A stretch of DNA of 64,000 nt from Candidatus Cloacimonadota bacterium (GTDB lineage Bacteria; Cloacimonadota; Cloacimonadia; JGIOTU-2): positions 96,001 to 160,000 of the forward strand of contig JBNGBT010000006.1 in the NCBI GenBank assembly GCA_049903315.1, in the 5' to 3' direction. Position numbers and translations under genes: made by a program. Below, piece by piece: positions 29,570 through 40,606 of the stretch. The first letter of the stretch is position 1; each line of letters begins with the position of its first letter. The notes under the pieces were generated by a model that ran no database searches, was not told where the DNA came from, and worked only from the letters and a program-made list of their open reading frames with translations.

Positions 29570-29947
29570 TTATTTCTTCCATAAGCCGTGAATGTTGCAG
29601 TATGCACGGACTTCGAGTTTGTCATTATTTTTCACATAGAATTCTGCTTCAGGTTTATCTTCTGGAGTAAGGTGCTTACGGTTTATCCAGGCACCATTCT
29701 GAACTTCGATCCACTCGATATAATGTTTCTCTATCATCGGGTGGGGAGCAGAACCGACTTTCACCCTGATGCCGTCAGCGATCTCTTCAACAACCGGAAC
29801 ATGTTTTTCCACAGCAGCATCTACTGTATTTGCATCCATTTTTTTCATTGGAGCACCGCAGCAGACAAGTTCGCCTGCGCCGCCGTGAACCATTTCCACG
29901 ATATTTCCACAAATTTCACATTTATAGATTTCCAAAATTTTTGTCAT
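29570..29947 (-). CDS. dfx: Desulfoferrodoxin (2Fe superoxide reductase)
   Basis: YKCEICGN...CCG, EKHVP, HPM..KHYI.WI, YCNIHGLW. Confidence 0.95.
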   Translation of the reverse strand: MTKILEIYKCEICGNIVEMVHGGAGELVCCGAPMKKMDANTVDAAVEKHVPVVEEIADGIRVKVGSAPHPMIEKHYIEWIEVQNGAWINRKHLTPEDKPEAEFYVKNNDKLEVRAYCNIHGLWKK

Positions 29948-29979
29948 TGCTTCTCCTAAATTTTCAATTATTTTTCCGA

Positions 29980-30483
29980 TTACGGACCGACATGCATCAT
30001 ATCAAATTCTACATCATATTTTTCAAACTCTTCTGCCTGTTCTTTTTCAAGTTCAAGAAGACGGTAATGTCCCATTTCCATTGAGGCAATATACTTTAGT
30101 CTGCGCGAGAGGTCTTCATCCATTTTGAATTTATTAGCAAGCGAGAGATAGAAATAATGCGCTGCTTTTTCCGCATTCATTGCCTGCAGAAATATATCAC
30201 TGAACCTCAAATCTTCAGTATCAATTGTGATTTCCGGCAAAGGTACAGGCGTCTTGTCAGGCAGGATTATTTCCTCAGCAGGGAATGATTCTTCCCAGAG
30301 TTTGGAAAAGAAATCAAAGTGTTTTTGCTCTTCTGCAGAAAGGAATTTGAGTTTGTCCTTGAGCATGAAGTTCTTTACTCGTCCTGCAAGATCGAGGTAG
30401 ACATATTTGCTGTCCTCTTCACTTTTTAACGCAGTGAGAAATAGGTCCCTTTTGGAATATTTATCAATATTCATCTTATCCAT
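29980..30483 (-). CDS. Ferritin-like di-iron protein (rubrerythrin family, no rubredoxin domain)
   Basis: E..S...Y, EEQKH, AEKAA..FY, EMGH four-helix ExxH pattern. Confidence 0.8.
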   Translation of the reverse strand: MDKMNIDKYSKRDLFLTALKSEEDSKYVYLDLAGRVKNFMLKDKLKFLSAEEQKHFDFFSKLWEESFPAEEIILPDKTPVPLPEITIDTEDLRFSDIFLQAMNAEKAAHYFYLSLANKFKMDEDLSRRLKYIASMEMGHYRLLELEKEQAEEFEKYDVEFDMMHVGP

Positions 30484-30488
30484 GATAA

Positions 30489-30965
30489 CTACTTTCCAAG
30501 CTGACGCTTCATCTCTGTGAGCATCACTACGTGTTTGCGTTCTTCATCGATGATATCGTCAACCAATTTTTGCTGGTGCTGCGGAACTACATTTCTCATT
30601 TCATGATAATAGAGAATCGTGTCGAGTTCTTTCCCGATAGCGAACTGAAGCGCTTCATCTGCAGTGTGTACGCTCTCGATGCCTTCATCGATCTTATCGA
30701 TTGTGAAGACAAGATTATCTGCGTAGGCATGAAGATAGTCAAAATACTCGCCGGGATAACTTTCCTGTGGATTGTAGCCCTCGATCTTTGCCAGCATCTC
30801 TCTAAAGACTTTTTCGTGACGGACTTCTTCTTCTGCGAGAAACCCGAAGAGTTCCTTCACTTTTTTGTCATCAAATTTTTCTACCATTGCGCGGTAGAAT
30901 TTTTCACCATTTTCTTCGATTTGAACTGCAAATTGATAGATTTCTGTCACATCGAATATATTCAT
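30489..30965 (-). CDS. Ferritin-like di-iron protein (rubrerythrin family)
   Basis: AVQIEENGEKFY, EEVRH, E.DTILYY, EERKH. Confidence 0.82.
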   Translation of the reverse strand: MNIFDVTEIYQFAVQIEENGEKFYRAMVEKFDDKKVKELFGFLAEEEVRHEKVFREMLAKIEGYNPQESYPGEYFDYLHAYADNLVFTIDKIDEGIESVHTADEALQFAIGKELDTILYYHEMRNVVPQHQQKLVDDIIDEERKHVVMLTEMKRQLGK

Positions 30966-30981
30966 TTTCGTTCCTCCGAAA

Positions 30982-32160
30982 TTATTTTAGATTTTTATGC
31001 TTCATTGTAATACTTTTTGCAAGCTCATCAAGAGCTTTGAAGTCAGCTTCTTTAGGAAAACCTTTACTTATGACAGGTTCCAGTAATTCGCCTTTGAAAT
31101 TTGTGAGAAGTCCCTTAAGCATATCCACCATTCTCGAGCCCCAGCCGTAAGAGCCGATGACCGATGCGAATTTTGCTTTTGGTCTGAGCATATTAGTGAG
31201 ATAGGTTGCGTACATCATTTTGGGATGCGGACCTGCATGCACTGTAGATGAGCCGATTACGACAGTGGCAGCATCGACAAGCTCCATCGCAAATTCTCCA
31301 ATATCTGTCACAGACATGTTAAATGGAATGACCGTAATCTCGTACTCTGTGAGCTTTTCAGTTAGATAATTCACCATTTTCTCTACACTTCCATGCATGG
31401 AAATATAGGGTATCAGCACCTTGTTTTCTACTGTGTCCGATATCCATTCTTTATATTGCTCAAGGATGAATTCAGGATTATCATAAACTTGTCCATGAGT
31501 AGGTGCAATCATATCAAGATCGTAATTTTTCAGCATATCAATATGCTTCTGAATATTTGTTCTGAACGGCATCATGATCTCGGCAAAGTAGCGCTTTGCT
31601 GCGAAATATACCTTTGCTTCATCCCGCACGAACAATTCGCTGGAAGCTATATGCGAGCCGAAAAGGTCTCCTGAAAAGAGCAGTTTGTCTTCTTCAAGAT
31701 ATGTGAACATTGTTTCCGGCCAGTGAACCCACGCTGCCAGCAGAAACTTCAAAGTTTTGTTACCGAGGGGAAGTGTGCTCTCATGGGTGACTTCAAGGAA
31801 TTTATCATCAGGAATATTAAGAAGATCCTGAAGAAAGGTTTTGCATTTTGTATTCGTGACAACAACCGCATCAGGGTACATTTCCAAAATGACGGGAATT
31901 CCTCCGGAGTGGTCCTGCTCAGCATGATTAGAAATGATATAATCCAGTTTTGCAATACCGAGTTGTCTCAGGTTTGTCAGTAATTCTTCTATCTTCGGTG
32001 GATCGACCGTATCGATCAGAGCAGTTTTTTCACTGCCTCGAATGACATAAGCATTGTAACTCGTACCATCCGGGAGAGGGATAAGCTCATCAAAAGTGCG
32101 CCTGTCCCAATCCTGGACACCTACAAAATATACATCGTTTTTAATTTTCTGGAATCCCAT
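30982..32160 (-). CDS. fprA: Flavodiiron protein (O2/NO reductase)
   Basis: GTSYNAY, NHAEQDHSG, HWPETM, GDLFGSH, PTHG, flavodoxin SMHGS and GSYGWG. Confidence 0.93.
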   Translation of the reverse strand: MGFQKIKNDVYFVGVQDWDRRTFDELIPLPDGTSYNAYVIRGSEKTALIDTVDPPKIEELLTNLRQLGIAKLDYIISNHAEQDHSGGIPVILEMYPDAVVVTNTKCKTFLQDLLNIPDDKFLEVTHESTLPLGNKTLKFLLAAWVHWPETMFTYLEEDKLLFSGDLFGSHIASSELFVRDEAKVYFAAKRYFAEIMMPFRTNIQKHIDMLKNYDLDMIAPTHGQVYDNPEFILEQYKEWISDTVENKVLIPYISMHGSVEKMVNYLTEKLTEYEITVIPFNMSVTDIGEFAMELVDAATVVIGSSTVHAGPHPKMMYATYLTNMLRPKAKFASVIGSYGWGSRMVDMLKGLLTNFKGELLEPVISKGFPKEADFKALDELAKSITMKHKNLK

Positions 32161-32167
32161 TATTCAC

Positions 32168-32326
32168 CTAAATCTCGACAAACATATCTTTGTCTACACC
32201 ACACACAGGGCATACCCAGTCGTCTGGAATATCTTCAAAGGAAGTTCCTGGTGCGATTCCGGAATCGGGATCACCGACTTTGGGATCATAAATATAGCCG
32301 CATACGCTGCATTGATATTTTTTCAT
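32168..32326 (-). CDS. Rubredoxin (52 aa; absent from the ORF track)
   Basis: Hand translation [61 protein letters not shown] upstream. Confidence 0.95.
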   Translation of the reverse strand: MKKYQCSVCGYIYDPKVGDPDSGIAPGTSFEDIPDDWVCPVCGVDKDMFVEI

Positions 32327-32347
32327 CTGTTGTTCCTCCTATTATTT

Positions 32348-33601
32348 TTATTCAGTTTTATAACCTGCATTTTTTATTGCGTTTATCACTTCATCTCTTT
32401 TATATTCACCAATTACTTTAACTCGTTTATCGGTAAGAGAGATGTCAATTTTTTTTACTCCGCTTACTTTTTTAATTTCATTTTCAATAGACATGACACA
32501 ATGCTTGCAGCTCATGTCCGGCACGTTATAGATATTTTCCATATTTTCATCCTGAATATTTATTTTCTTGTTCATAAAAATTTTTAGCAAGAATGCTCTA
32601 ATAATAAGTATGATAAGCAGTATTGCTGATCCAGTTTTTATCCAGACGGGAAGCATTTTCATGCCGCCTGTAAAGATGCTAATATTTCTGCCCGAGATAT
32701 TCCAGAAATGGTCAAGAATAAATCCAAAGAGGAGTCCTGTGACGATAATTGAAACAAGATATGCGAACAGCGGTTTTTTGCCGAGTTTGCCACCCACGAA
32801 GCTAATAGTTGCAGCATTTGTTGCAGGACCGGCAATAAGGAAAATAAGCCCCGCACCCGGTGTCATTCCTTTTAAAATAAGGGATGCAGCGATCGGTATC
32901 GAACCAGTTGCGCACACGTACATCGGGATAGATATCAAGAGCATAATTGGATATGCGAATAGCGGATTTCCAAAATAGCGCACCACAAAATTATCCGGCA
33001 CAAGAAAGGAAATAATAGCTCCAATAACTATGCCGAGAAGTATCCATTTTGCGACATCTTCTATAAGATCAAAAAAACCATAACGGAGAATTGCTCTCAC
33101 CTTTTCATGAAATGTATGAGAGTGGGGCTCGGTTTCGGTGCAGAGATTGCATGAGAATCCTTCTTGTGGGATGGCATTATCATCTGCAGTTCTATCAATA
33201 ATGTTTGTCAAAGTGCCGCCCAAAATTCCAGCAAAAAAAGCAGCCACAGGTCTGATAATTGCATAAATTGGACCAAGAAGTGAATAGGTTGCGAGGATGG
33301 AATCCACACCTGTTGTAGGGGTAGACGAAAGAAAGGATATTGTTGAACCTTTTCCGGCACCTTCTTTTCTCAGATACGCAGCGACGGGGATGACGCCGCA
33401 TGAACAGAGTGGTAGCGGAACACCGAAGAGAGATGCCTTTACGTTTGACCAAAATGATCTGCCTGAGAAGTGGTTGTATATTTTGTTTTTTGGAATGACC
33501 GTATTAAGCACTCCGGCAATCAAAAAACCAAAGAGAAGATACGGAGCCATTTCTCCGAGAAGAGTCCAGATTTCTTTAAGGATACCAAGGAGGATGTTCA
33601 T
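32348..33601 (-). CDS. DUF318/SO_0444-type permease with C-terminal heavy-metal-associated (HMA) domain
   Basis: PLPLCSCGVIP, YVCATGSIP, AGPATN; C-terminal VPDMSCKHCV. Confidence 0.85.
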   Translation of the reverse strand: MNILLGILKEIWTLLGEMAPYLLFGFLIAGVLNTVIPKNKIYNHFSGRSFWSNVKASLFGVPLPLCSCGVIPVAAYLRKEGAGKGSTISFLSSTPTTGVDSILATYSLLGPIYAIIRPVAAFFAGILGGTLTNIIDRTADDNAIPQEGFSCNLCTETEPHSHTFHEKVRAILRYGFFDLIEDVAKWILLGIVIGAIISFLVPDNFVVRYFGNPLFAYPIMLLISIPMYVCATGSIPIAASLILKGMTPGAGLIFLIAGPATNAATISFVGGKLGKKPLFAYLVSIIVTGLLFGFILDHFWNISGRNISIFTGGMKMLPVWIKTGSAILLIILIIRAFLLKIFMNKKINIQDENMENIYNVPDMSCKHCVMSIENEIKKVSGVKKIDISLTDKRVKVIGEYKRDEVINAIKNAGYKTE

Positions 33602-34029
33602 TTCTTGTTCTTATTTTTCTCTAAACAGGTTTTACAAATACCGCGAAAATAGCCGTGTTTTTGTTTTATCTGGTGCCCTTCAATCATATTCTTGTTCAAA
33701 TATGGGCAATCGATTGTGAGATCATAAATTTTTTCGCATTGTTCGCAGAGGAAGTGGTGGTGCTGCTCGGTTTCGAGATCATAACGGACCTCAGAACCGG
33801 TAATATATAAGGGAGTAACAATACCTTTTTCCATGAAAAGTTTGAGCGAATTATACACGGTAGTTTTGGAAATGGTCGGAACTTTCTTCAGCACTTCTTC
33901 AAAGATCATTGCAGCAGTCGGGTGATTGAAATTTTTATCTAAATACTGCAATATGCTCAACCTTTCATAGGTTGGCTTGATGTTAACTTCTTCTAAAATC
34001 TTCTTTAAGTCTTGCATATTTGAACTCAT
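33598..34029 (-). CDS. Fur/PerR-family transcriptional regulator
   Basis: HPTA, PTISKTTVYNSL, HHHFLCEQC, CKTC; first gene of the oxidative-stress cluster. Confidence 0.9.
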   Translation of the reverse strand: MSSNMQDLKKILEEVNIKPTYERLSILQYLDKNFNHPTAAMIFEEVLKKVPTISKTTVYNSLKLFMEKGIVTPLYITGSEVRYDLETEQHHHFLCEQCEKIYDLTIDCPYLNKNMIEGHQIKQKHGYFRGICKTCLEKNKNKK

Positions 34030-34276
34030 TACAAATTTTGAATGATAATTTAAAAGGAATTAGGACAATGTCAAATTTAAATTAATTTTTAGGATAGTTT
34101 GTTTTCAATAGTCGTGAGCTATCACAAAAATTTGGGTTGCAATTTTGATAAGGCTAGTAGTAAAACAACATTCCGATGTTGTTTGAGCAAGAAGCAAGAT
34201 CGGAATCTTGCTTTACACCTTGTGTGCTGTATTAAAGACCTGTGTATAAATATGAGAATAATTATTCTTATAATAA

Positions 34277-35206
34277 TTAAAATCTCACTACTTTTCGACT
34301 GTTCGCAACGTCTCGCTTTAAAGGATTCGTATATCTCTGCAACACAATTCCTGCGATAATGAAAACCAATCCGATGATTGTCGAAAAGAGTATTTTTTCA
34401 CCAACAACAATACTCACCACAAAGAGAGATAAGAAAGGGGTAATATAGATAAAATTACTCACCTGCGCAGTTGTTTTTGCATATTTAAGGGCGCTGAGCC
34501 ACACAATAAAGGTCAAGCCCATTTCGAAAAATCCTACATACGCAGAACCGAGAATGCCTTTGATGTTCGGCAGAGAAAATCCTACAGGAATTGAGCGTAC
34601 CACAATAAGCACAATACTGAAAAGTAAACCGAAGCAAAAGCTCACAAACAATTTAACGACAACGTCATGCTTATCCTTGAGACTGAATATCCAGAACATT
34701 GCCCATATTACCGCACTGCTCAGAGGAAGCAAATCGCCTTTGATATCGGAGAAATTTAATCCTGCAACATTTCCGCGAGTTGCAATTATTATCACGCCAA
34801 AAAAGCTAATGACAATTGCAACAATGCTCAGTAATTTTATTTTTTGTTTGAGGAGGGGAATCGAAAGAAGCACGAGCATCAGGGGCCATGTATAGTTTAA
34901 TGTGATCGCTTCCTGTGCCGGCAAGATCGAATATGCCTTGAAAAGCACGATATAATATAGGAATGGATTAAGAAAACCAAGAAATGCTGCAAACAAAAAG
35001 TCTTTTAGAGAATATTTTTTCAGAAGGTGTAGTTTTTTTTGGAGGATGAGAACAATAAAAATGATACATGTTGAAAAAAAAGAAGCATACAGCAGCAACT
35101 CGAGATAATCTACATGACGCAGACTGAGCTTAAAGGCGGAAGCTACAGTTGACCAGAGTATAACTGCGAGGATTGCAAAAGAATATGCTTTTTTTTGTGT
35201 ATCCAT
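34277..35206 (-). CDS. DMT/EamA-family transporter
   Basis: ~10 TM; LWSTVASAFK, LNYTWP, YITPFLS, GEKI. Confidence 0.85.
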   Translation of the reverse strand: MDTQKKAYSFAILAVILWSTVASAFKLSLRHVDYLELLLYASFFSTCIIFIVLILQKKLHLLKKYSLKDFLFAAFLGFLNPFLYYIVLFKAYSILPAQEAITLNYTWPLMLVLLSIPLLKQKIKLLSIVAIVISFFGVIIIATRGNVAGLNFSDIKGDLLPLSSAVIWAMFWIFSLKDKHDVVVKLFVSFCFGLLFSIVLIVVRSIPVGFSLPNIKGILGSAYVGFFEMGLTFIVWLSALKYAKTTAQVSNFIYITPFLSLFVVSIVVGEKILFSTIIGLVFIIAGIVLQRYTNPLKRDVANSRKVVRF

Positions 35207-35211
35207 TCCTT

Positions 35212-35931
35212 CTATTGGCGTTCTTTTATGATACTTCTTACCTCTTTTTCTTTTAGATAACGCCACTCACCTATCGGCATTTTACCAATATTGATATCAC
35301 CTATCTGAACACGTTTGAGTTCGACCACGGAACTTCCAACAGATTTGAGCATTCTCCGTATTTGCTGATTCCTGCCCTCATAGATCACCATGCGGATTTT
35401 TGTAAGATTTTGAGCTTTATTATAACTTTTTATGAAGACTTTTGCAGGGAGTGTTTTACCGTCTTCAAGCTGAACACCTTCGCGAAGTTCTCGTAATTGG
35501 CGGAAGTTAATTCGTCCCTTGGCTTTCACAAGATATGTCTTGGGAAGTTTTTTGCTCGGATGCGTGATCTTCTGCGCGAAATCTCCATCGTTCGAGAGAA
35601 ATAATAATCCTTCAGAATTTTTATCAAGACGCCCAATAGGAAAGATATGCTCTTTAAATTCAGGAAGCAGTTCGAACACAGTATGGCGCTCAAAAGGATC
35701 ATCGGCTGTAACAAGATATCCTATTGGCTTATTCAGCATCAAATATATTTTGTTGGATGAAATACTGAGTTTTTTATTTTTGTATTCCACGACATCATTC
35801 TGCGGGTCGATATCTGTTGCGAGGTCATTAATAATTTTGCCGTTTACCCGGATTTTGCTCTCAAGCACAAGCTGTTCGCATGAGCGCCGGGAGCCGAGTC
35901 CTGCCTGGGCAAGAAATTTATTGATCCTCAT
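35212..35931 (-). CDS. rRNA pseudouridine synthase (RsuA/RluB family)
   Basis: S4 domain RINKFLAQAG.GSRR, NKP.G, GRLDKNSEGLL, EGRNQQIRRM. Confidence 0.93.
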   Translation of the reverse strand: MRINKFLAQAGLGSRRSCEQLVLESKIRVNGKIINDLATDIDPQNDVVEYKNKKLSISSNKIYLMLNKPIGYLVTADDPFERHTVFELLPEFKEHIFPIGRLDKNSEGLLFLSNDGDFAQKITHPSKKLPKTYLVKAKGRINFRQLRELREGVQLEDGKTLPAKVFIKSYNKAQNLTKIRMVIYEGRNQQIRRMLKSVGSSVVELKRVQIGDINIGKMPIGEWRYLKEKEVRSIIKERQ

Positions 35932-35934
35932 TTC

Positions 35935-36456
35935 CTACCATTGCTCGATCGTATTTGAAAGGATCACATTACAGAGTTCATTAATAATGGATTTCTGCGC
36001 ATCCTCTTCGGAAAAGAGCTCGATTCCCTGCCCGTCTTCCTCTTCAGCAGCAGTGCCTGTGCCGTACGTTGCAGAGAGACTCAGATTGTTATTCTGCCAG
36101 ATCACTTCATCGCGAACCAGGTCTTTTGCTTCGATCTGAAAGACGATCGTGACTTTCCATTCCGAAGGATTTTCCTGCATATCATATGCGTTGACCACTC
36201 TTTTATATGACCGGATAGTTCCACGGATATCCAGATCTGCATCATCGCCTTGTACGTCAAGGCGGTTATCTTCAATGAATGCATCAGTCAGATATTCTGA
36301 GACAAGCCCTGGCAACTCGTACTGCTCGGAATCATTATCAAATTCTGTGATCATGACCGTCTTAAGATGGGGATTTGAGCGTGTGTAAAATGAGTAGTGC
36401 CCGCATCCGAAAATGCAGAGTAAAACAATTGAGACCAATAAATATTTTTTCATCAT
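35935..36456 (-). CDS. lptE: LptE-like LPS assembly lipoprotein
   Basis: Lipobox FGCGHY, F.N.S motif, terminal W; size typical of LptE. Confidence 0.65.
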   Translation of the reverse strand: MMKKYLLVSIVLLCIFGCGHYSFYTRSNPHLKTVMITEFDNDSEQYELPGLVSEYLTDAFIEDNRLDVQGDDADLDIRGTIRSYKRVVNAYDMQENPSEWKVTIVFQIEAKDLVRDEVIWQNNNLSLSATYGTGTAAEEEDGQGIELFSEEDAQKSIINELCNVILSNTIEQW

Positions 36457-36603
36457 ATGACCTTCTTATTTAAGAAATTGAATCCCTAGCTTTCTGTGTC
36501 AATTAAATCGAATTTCCTTAAGTAAATTTATTTTATAAATATTATTATAAAAAGTTTGACTACAATTCTTCCAATTGTACCTTATTTATCGGAGGCTAAA
36601 CAT

Positions 36604-37269
36604 ATGGCAAAAGATGAAATATTAACCCTGAATGAAGCTGCGAAATTTTTAAACATGTCACCGGAAACCCTGGTGAACCTGGTCTCTCAAAAAGAGCTCA
36701 AAGGTATTAAGGTCGGGAATCAGTGGCGGTTTATTAAAGAAGAAATTGAATTATGGAAAGACACACAGGATAAACCCAATGTGGAGAAGATCGCACTTGA
36801 AAATGTGGTCAGCAGATTTTTTTCGTTTATAAATTCAGATTTTATTCTCAGAGATCTGAATGCAAAACACCGTTTCGAGGTGCTCGCTTCAATGTCACAA
36901 TTTGCAAAAGAAAACAGTGTGTGCACAAAGCAGAGCTGGCTCTTTGATATGCTGAGCAAAAGGGAGCGTTTGATATCAACAGGTATCGGAAATGGTGTTG
37001 CATTTCTGCACCCACGCAGTATTCATTCCGATAAAATAAACTTTTCTGCAGTGTTGCTTGGGATTTCACAAGAAGGTGTTGATTTCCGGTCTCTCGATAG
37101 AACGCCTGTGAATTTATTCTTTCTCTTACTACTCAAGACCGAGCAGCAGCACCTTTTCGCACTTTCCTATTTAAGCCAGCTTTTCAGAGAAGATCATCTC
37201 AAAGAAAAGATCATGAAAGCTTCTGACAATAAAGCCATACTCGATCTTTTAAAATTACAGGTTGAGTAA
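36604..37269 (+). CDS. Excisionase-type HTH + PTS EIIA (Ntr/Fru-type) fusion
   Basis: LTLNEAAKFL...KVGNQWRF HTH; RERLISTGIGNGVAFLHPR (phospho-His); F.SLD.TPV.LFFLL. Confidence 0.85.
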   Translation: MAKDEILTLNEAAKFLNMSPETLVNLVSQKELKGIKVGNQWRFIKEEIELWKDTQDKPNVEKIALENVVSRFFSFINSDFILRDLNAKHRFEVLASMSQFAKENSVCTKQSWLFDMLSKRERLISTGIGNGVAFLHPRSIHSDKINFSAVLLGISQEGVDFRSLDRTPVNLFFLLLLKTEQQHLFALSYLSQLFREDHLKEKIMKASDNKAILDLLKLQVE

Positions 37270-37326
37270 TTATACGAATTTACAAATTGTTCGATTGTCC
37301 TAAAAGACTACAAAATGGCAAAAAAA

Positions 37327-37402
37327 TGGTGGGCCCAAGAGGGATCGAACCTCTCACCGCCCGGTTATGAGCCGGGAGCTCTACCAGCTGAGCTATGGGC
37401 CC
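37327..37402 (-). tRNA. tRNA with CAT anticodon, most likely tRNA-Ile2
   Basis: GGGCCCATAGCTCAGCTGGTAGAGCTCCCGGCTCATAACCGGGCGGTGAGAGGTTCGATCCCTCTTGGGCCCACCA; lacks fMet hallmarks; acceptor and anticodon stems resemble Ile2. Confidence 0.9.
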
Positions 37403-37466
37403 TGATAAAATGGTAGGGTATTTGTCTGTCATGTAAGGGATAACCTGTCAAGTTTTACACGAAATC

Positions 37467-39467
37467 ATGAAGCACTTTGAATTAGTATCCGATTATGCTC
37501 CTCAGGGTGACCAACCTCAGGCGATCGCGGAGCTTACAAAAAACATCAAAAAGGATATTCCTTTCCAGACACTTCTCGGTGTAACCGGTTCGGGAAAAAC
37601 ATTTACCATCGCAAATGTGATCAAAAATACAGAAAAACCGGTTCTCATTATCTCTCATAACAAAACCCTTGCCGCACAGCTTTTTGGGGAGATGAAGCAG
37701 CTTTTTCCGAACAATGCCGTCGAGTATTTTGTGAGTTACTATGACTATTACCAACCGGAAGCATACCTGCCAGTTTCAGACACCTATATTGAGAAAGATG
37801 CTGATATAAACGAGCAAATTGATAGACTTCGGCTGCGTGCCACCATGTCTTTGATGGAGCGCAAGGATGTCATCATTGTCGCAAGTGTGTCATGTATATA
37901 CGGTTTGGGAGTTCCGGAGCAATACCGCGAATCACTCATTGATTTAAAAGTCGAACAGGAAATTGAAAGAGATTCCCTTCTTCATAAACTCGTGGATATT
38001 TACTACGCACGCAATGATTTTGAATTCCAGCGCGGAACTTTTCGGGTACGAGGGGATGTGGTTGAAATCTATCCCGCATATCTCGAGAATTCTATTAGAG
38101 TCGAGTTTGATTTCAATAAGATCACCAAGATATATCGCATCAATCCACTCACAGGGGAAATTCTGGAAGAACTCGAAGAGTATGCCGTGTATCCAGCAAA
38201 GCATTTTATAACATCACCTGAACATCTGGAACGAGCATTAGAAGATATCAAAAAGGAAATGCTCGCTCGAGTGGAATATTTCAAATCAAAGAACATGTGG
38301 ATCGAAGCACAGAGAATTCAGCAGCGCACAAGTTTTGATCTCGAAATGATGCGTGAGGTCGGATATGTGTCCGGCATAGAAAATTACTCCCGGCATCTTT
38401 CAGGAAGAAAAGAGGGCGAGAGACCTGCATGTTTACTCGACTACTTTCCCGATGATTACCTCATGATCATCGATGAATCCCATGCAACCATTCCGCAGGT
38501 GCATGCAATGTTCGGGGGAGATTATTCTCGAAAAAAAGCTCTTGTGGATAACGGATTCCGTCTGCCCTCTGCATATGATAATCGTCCTCTGAAATTTCAT
38601 GAATTCGAGCACATGATGAACCAGGTCGTATTCATGTCTGCTACACCTGCCAAATATGAATTGGATAAATCTGAGGGAGTGATCGTTGAACAGATCGTGC
38701 GTCCCACAGGTTTGATCGATCCGGAGATCGAACTGAAAAGTGCAGAATACCAGGTTGATGACCTACTCGAAGAGATACAAAAGCACGTAGAGAAAAAGCA
38801 GCGTGTGCTTGTGACAACACTCACAAAAAAAATGGCAGAAGACTTAACAAATTATGTGTCTCAAATCGGAGTGAGAGCAAAGTATCTGCATAGCGGAGTG
38901 CATACGCTGGACAGGATTGAGATCATTCGTGATCTGCGCTTGGGCGAATTCGATGTACTCATTGGTGTGAACCTGCTCAGGGAAGGACTCGATCTGCCGG
39001 AGGTCGCGCTTGTCGCTATTCTCGATGCTGATAAAGCTGGATTTCTCCGTTCCGAACGCTCGCTTATCCAGACGGCCGGACGCGCAGCACGTCATATCGA
39101 CGGCAAAGTTATTTTCTATGCAGACCACGTTTCGGAAGCAATGAAGTTTGCGATAAGCGAAACGAACCGCAGAAGAAAAATTCAGAAAGAATATAATAAG
39201 AAGCACAACATCACGCCCGAATCGATCAGCAAAACCATAGAAAGCATCATGAAATCAACCTCTGTTGCCGAGTTCAAAAAGGAAGAGAAAAAAGGTTTTG
39301 GCACTGATGAACAGAAAAAACTTGATTTCGAAAAGTATCTCACAATAAATAACAAAGAAGATGCGATCGAACTGCTGACAAAAGAAATGAACCGTCTGGC
39401 ACGGGATTTGCGCTTCGAAGAAGCTGCGGAGATCCGCGACAGGATACTCGAGCTCAAAGAAATGTAA
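37467..39467 (+). CDS. uvrB: Excinuclease ABC subunit B
   Basis: [48 protein letters not shown]-terminal UVR motif FEEAAEIRD. Confidence 0.98.
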   Translation: MKHFELVSDYAPQGDQPQAIAELTKNIKKDIPFQTLLGVTGSGKTFTIANVIKNTEKPVLIISHNKTLAAQLFGEMKQLFPNNAVEYFVSYYDYYQPEAYLPVSDTYIEKDADINEQIDRLRLRATMSLMERKDVIIVASVSCIYGLGVPEQYRESLIDLKVEQEIERDSLLHKLVDIYYARNDFEFQRGTFRVRGDVVEIYPAYLENSIRVEFDFNKITKIYRINPLTGEILEELEEYAVYPAKHFITSPEHLERALEDIKKEMLARVEYFKSKNMWIEAQRIQQRTSFDLEMMREVGYVSGIENYSRHLSGRKEGERPACLLDYFPDDYLMIIDESHATIPQVHAMFGGDYSRKKALVDNGFRLPSAYDNRPLKFHEFEHMMNQVVFMSATPAKYELDKSEGVIVEQIVRPTGLIDPEIELKSAEYQVDDLLEEIQKHVEKKQRVLVTTLTKKMAEDLTNYVSQIGVRAKYLHSGVHTLDRIEIIRDLRLGEFDVLIGVNLLREGLDLPEVALVAILDADKAGFLRSERSLIQTAGRAARHIDGKVIFYADHVSEAMKFAISETNRRRKIQKEYNKKHNITPESISKTIESIMKSTSVAEFKKEEKKGFGTDEQKKLDFEKYLTINNKEDAIELLTKEMNRLARDLRFEEAAEIRDRILELKEM

Positions 39468-39477
39468 TGAGGTTTGT

Positions 39478-40509
39478 ATGGAAGAACGAATAACGGATCC
39501 TGAAATAATTGATGACGATGTTACTTATGATACGACACTGCGACCGAAAACGCTGAAGGACTTTGTCGGACAGGAAAAAATAAAAGAGATTTTATCAATT
39601 ACAATTGAAGCGTGCAAACAGCGCAATGAACCGATCGACCACATACTTTTTTACGGTCCTCCCGGGCTCGGGAAAACCACGCTTTCCATTATTATTGCAA
39701 ATGAACTGAAAACCGAACTCAAAACCACATCCGGTCCGGCGATAGAGAAGCCGTCCGACCTGGCGGGAATCCTGACAAATCTCAGCGCAAAGGATGTTTT
39801 TTTTATTGATGAGATTCACCGTTTGAATCATGTGATCGAGGAATATCTCTATCCTGCGATCGAGGATTTCAATCTTGAGATCATTATCGACCAGGGTCCA
39901 AGCGCGAGAACGCTTCGACTGAACCTCGAACCCTTTACTCTTGTGGGTTCGACCACACGTGCAGGCTTGATCACCTCACCTCTCCGCAGCAGGTTCGGGC
40001 TTGTACTTCGTCTTGATTATTATGACACAAAAGAAATTTTTAAGATCGTGCTGCGCTCAGCAAAATTGCTGGGTGTTGAGATAAAAAAGGATGGGGCTCA
40101 GGAGATTGCATGCCGTTCCCGCGGGACTCCGAGAATCGCAAACCGCCTTCTTCGACGTGTCAGAGATTATGCCCAGATAAAAGGGGATGGCATCATCACA
40201 AAAGAAATCGCCAAAGCGGCACTCAAGATGCTGGAAGTTGATGAACTCGGGCTTGATGAAATGGACAAGAAACTCATTCAGACGATCATCGAGTTTTACA
40301 AAGGCGGTCCGGTTGGTTTGAAAACTCTTTCCATGGCAATTGGAGAAGATTCCGGCACGATAGAAGAAATATACGAGCCATATCTTTTGCAAAAAGGATT
40401 TCTGAAAAGAACACTCCGTGGAAGAGAAGCCACAGAAAAAGCATATAAGCATTTTGGTATTGAACTGACTGGAGAAAACTCAAAAAAACAAAGTGAGATG
40501 TTTGAGTGA
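39478..40509 (+). CDS. ruvB: Holliday junction helicase RuvB
   Basis: [44 protein letters not shown]. Confidence 0.98.
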   Translation: MEERITDPEIIDDDVTYDTTLRPKTLKDFVGQEKIKEILSITIEACKQRNEPIDHILFYGPPGLGKTTLSIIIANELKTELKTTSGPAIEKPSDLAGILTNLSAKDVFFIDEIHRLNHVIEEYLYPAIEDFNLEIIIDQGPSARTLRLNLEPFTLVGSTTRAGLITSPLRSRFGLVLRLDYYDTKEIFKIVLRSAKLLGVEIKKDGAQEIACRSRGTPRIANRLLRRVRDYAQIKGDGIITKEIAKAALKMLEVDELGLDEMDKKLIQTIIEFYKGGPVGLKTLSMAIGEDSGTIEEIYEPYLLQKGFLKRTLRGREATEKAYKHFGIELTGENSKKQSEMFE

Positions 40510-40606
40510 AGTATTTATTTCTCCCAAAAAATTGACTTTTTTTCAGAGGTTTTTTTATAAAAAATTGCTAAGTGTACGAAGGGGAAAAAAAGCCAAGGAG
40601 AACTTC

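Noticed and set aside
37327..37402. Calling the CAT tRNA initiator or elongator Met
   Set aside because: It has a paired G1-C72 and no GGG/CCC run closing the anticodon stem, so it is not fMet; the sequence resembles Ile2 more than elongator Met, though tRNAscan-SE should confirm.
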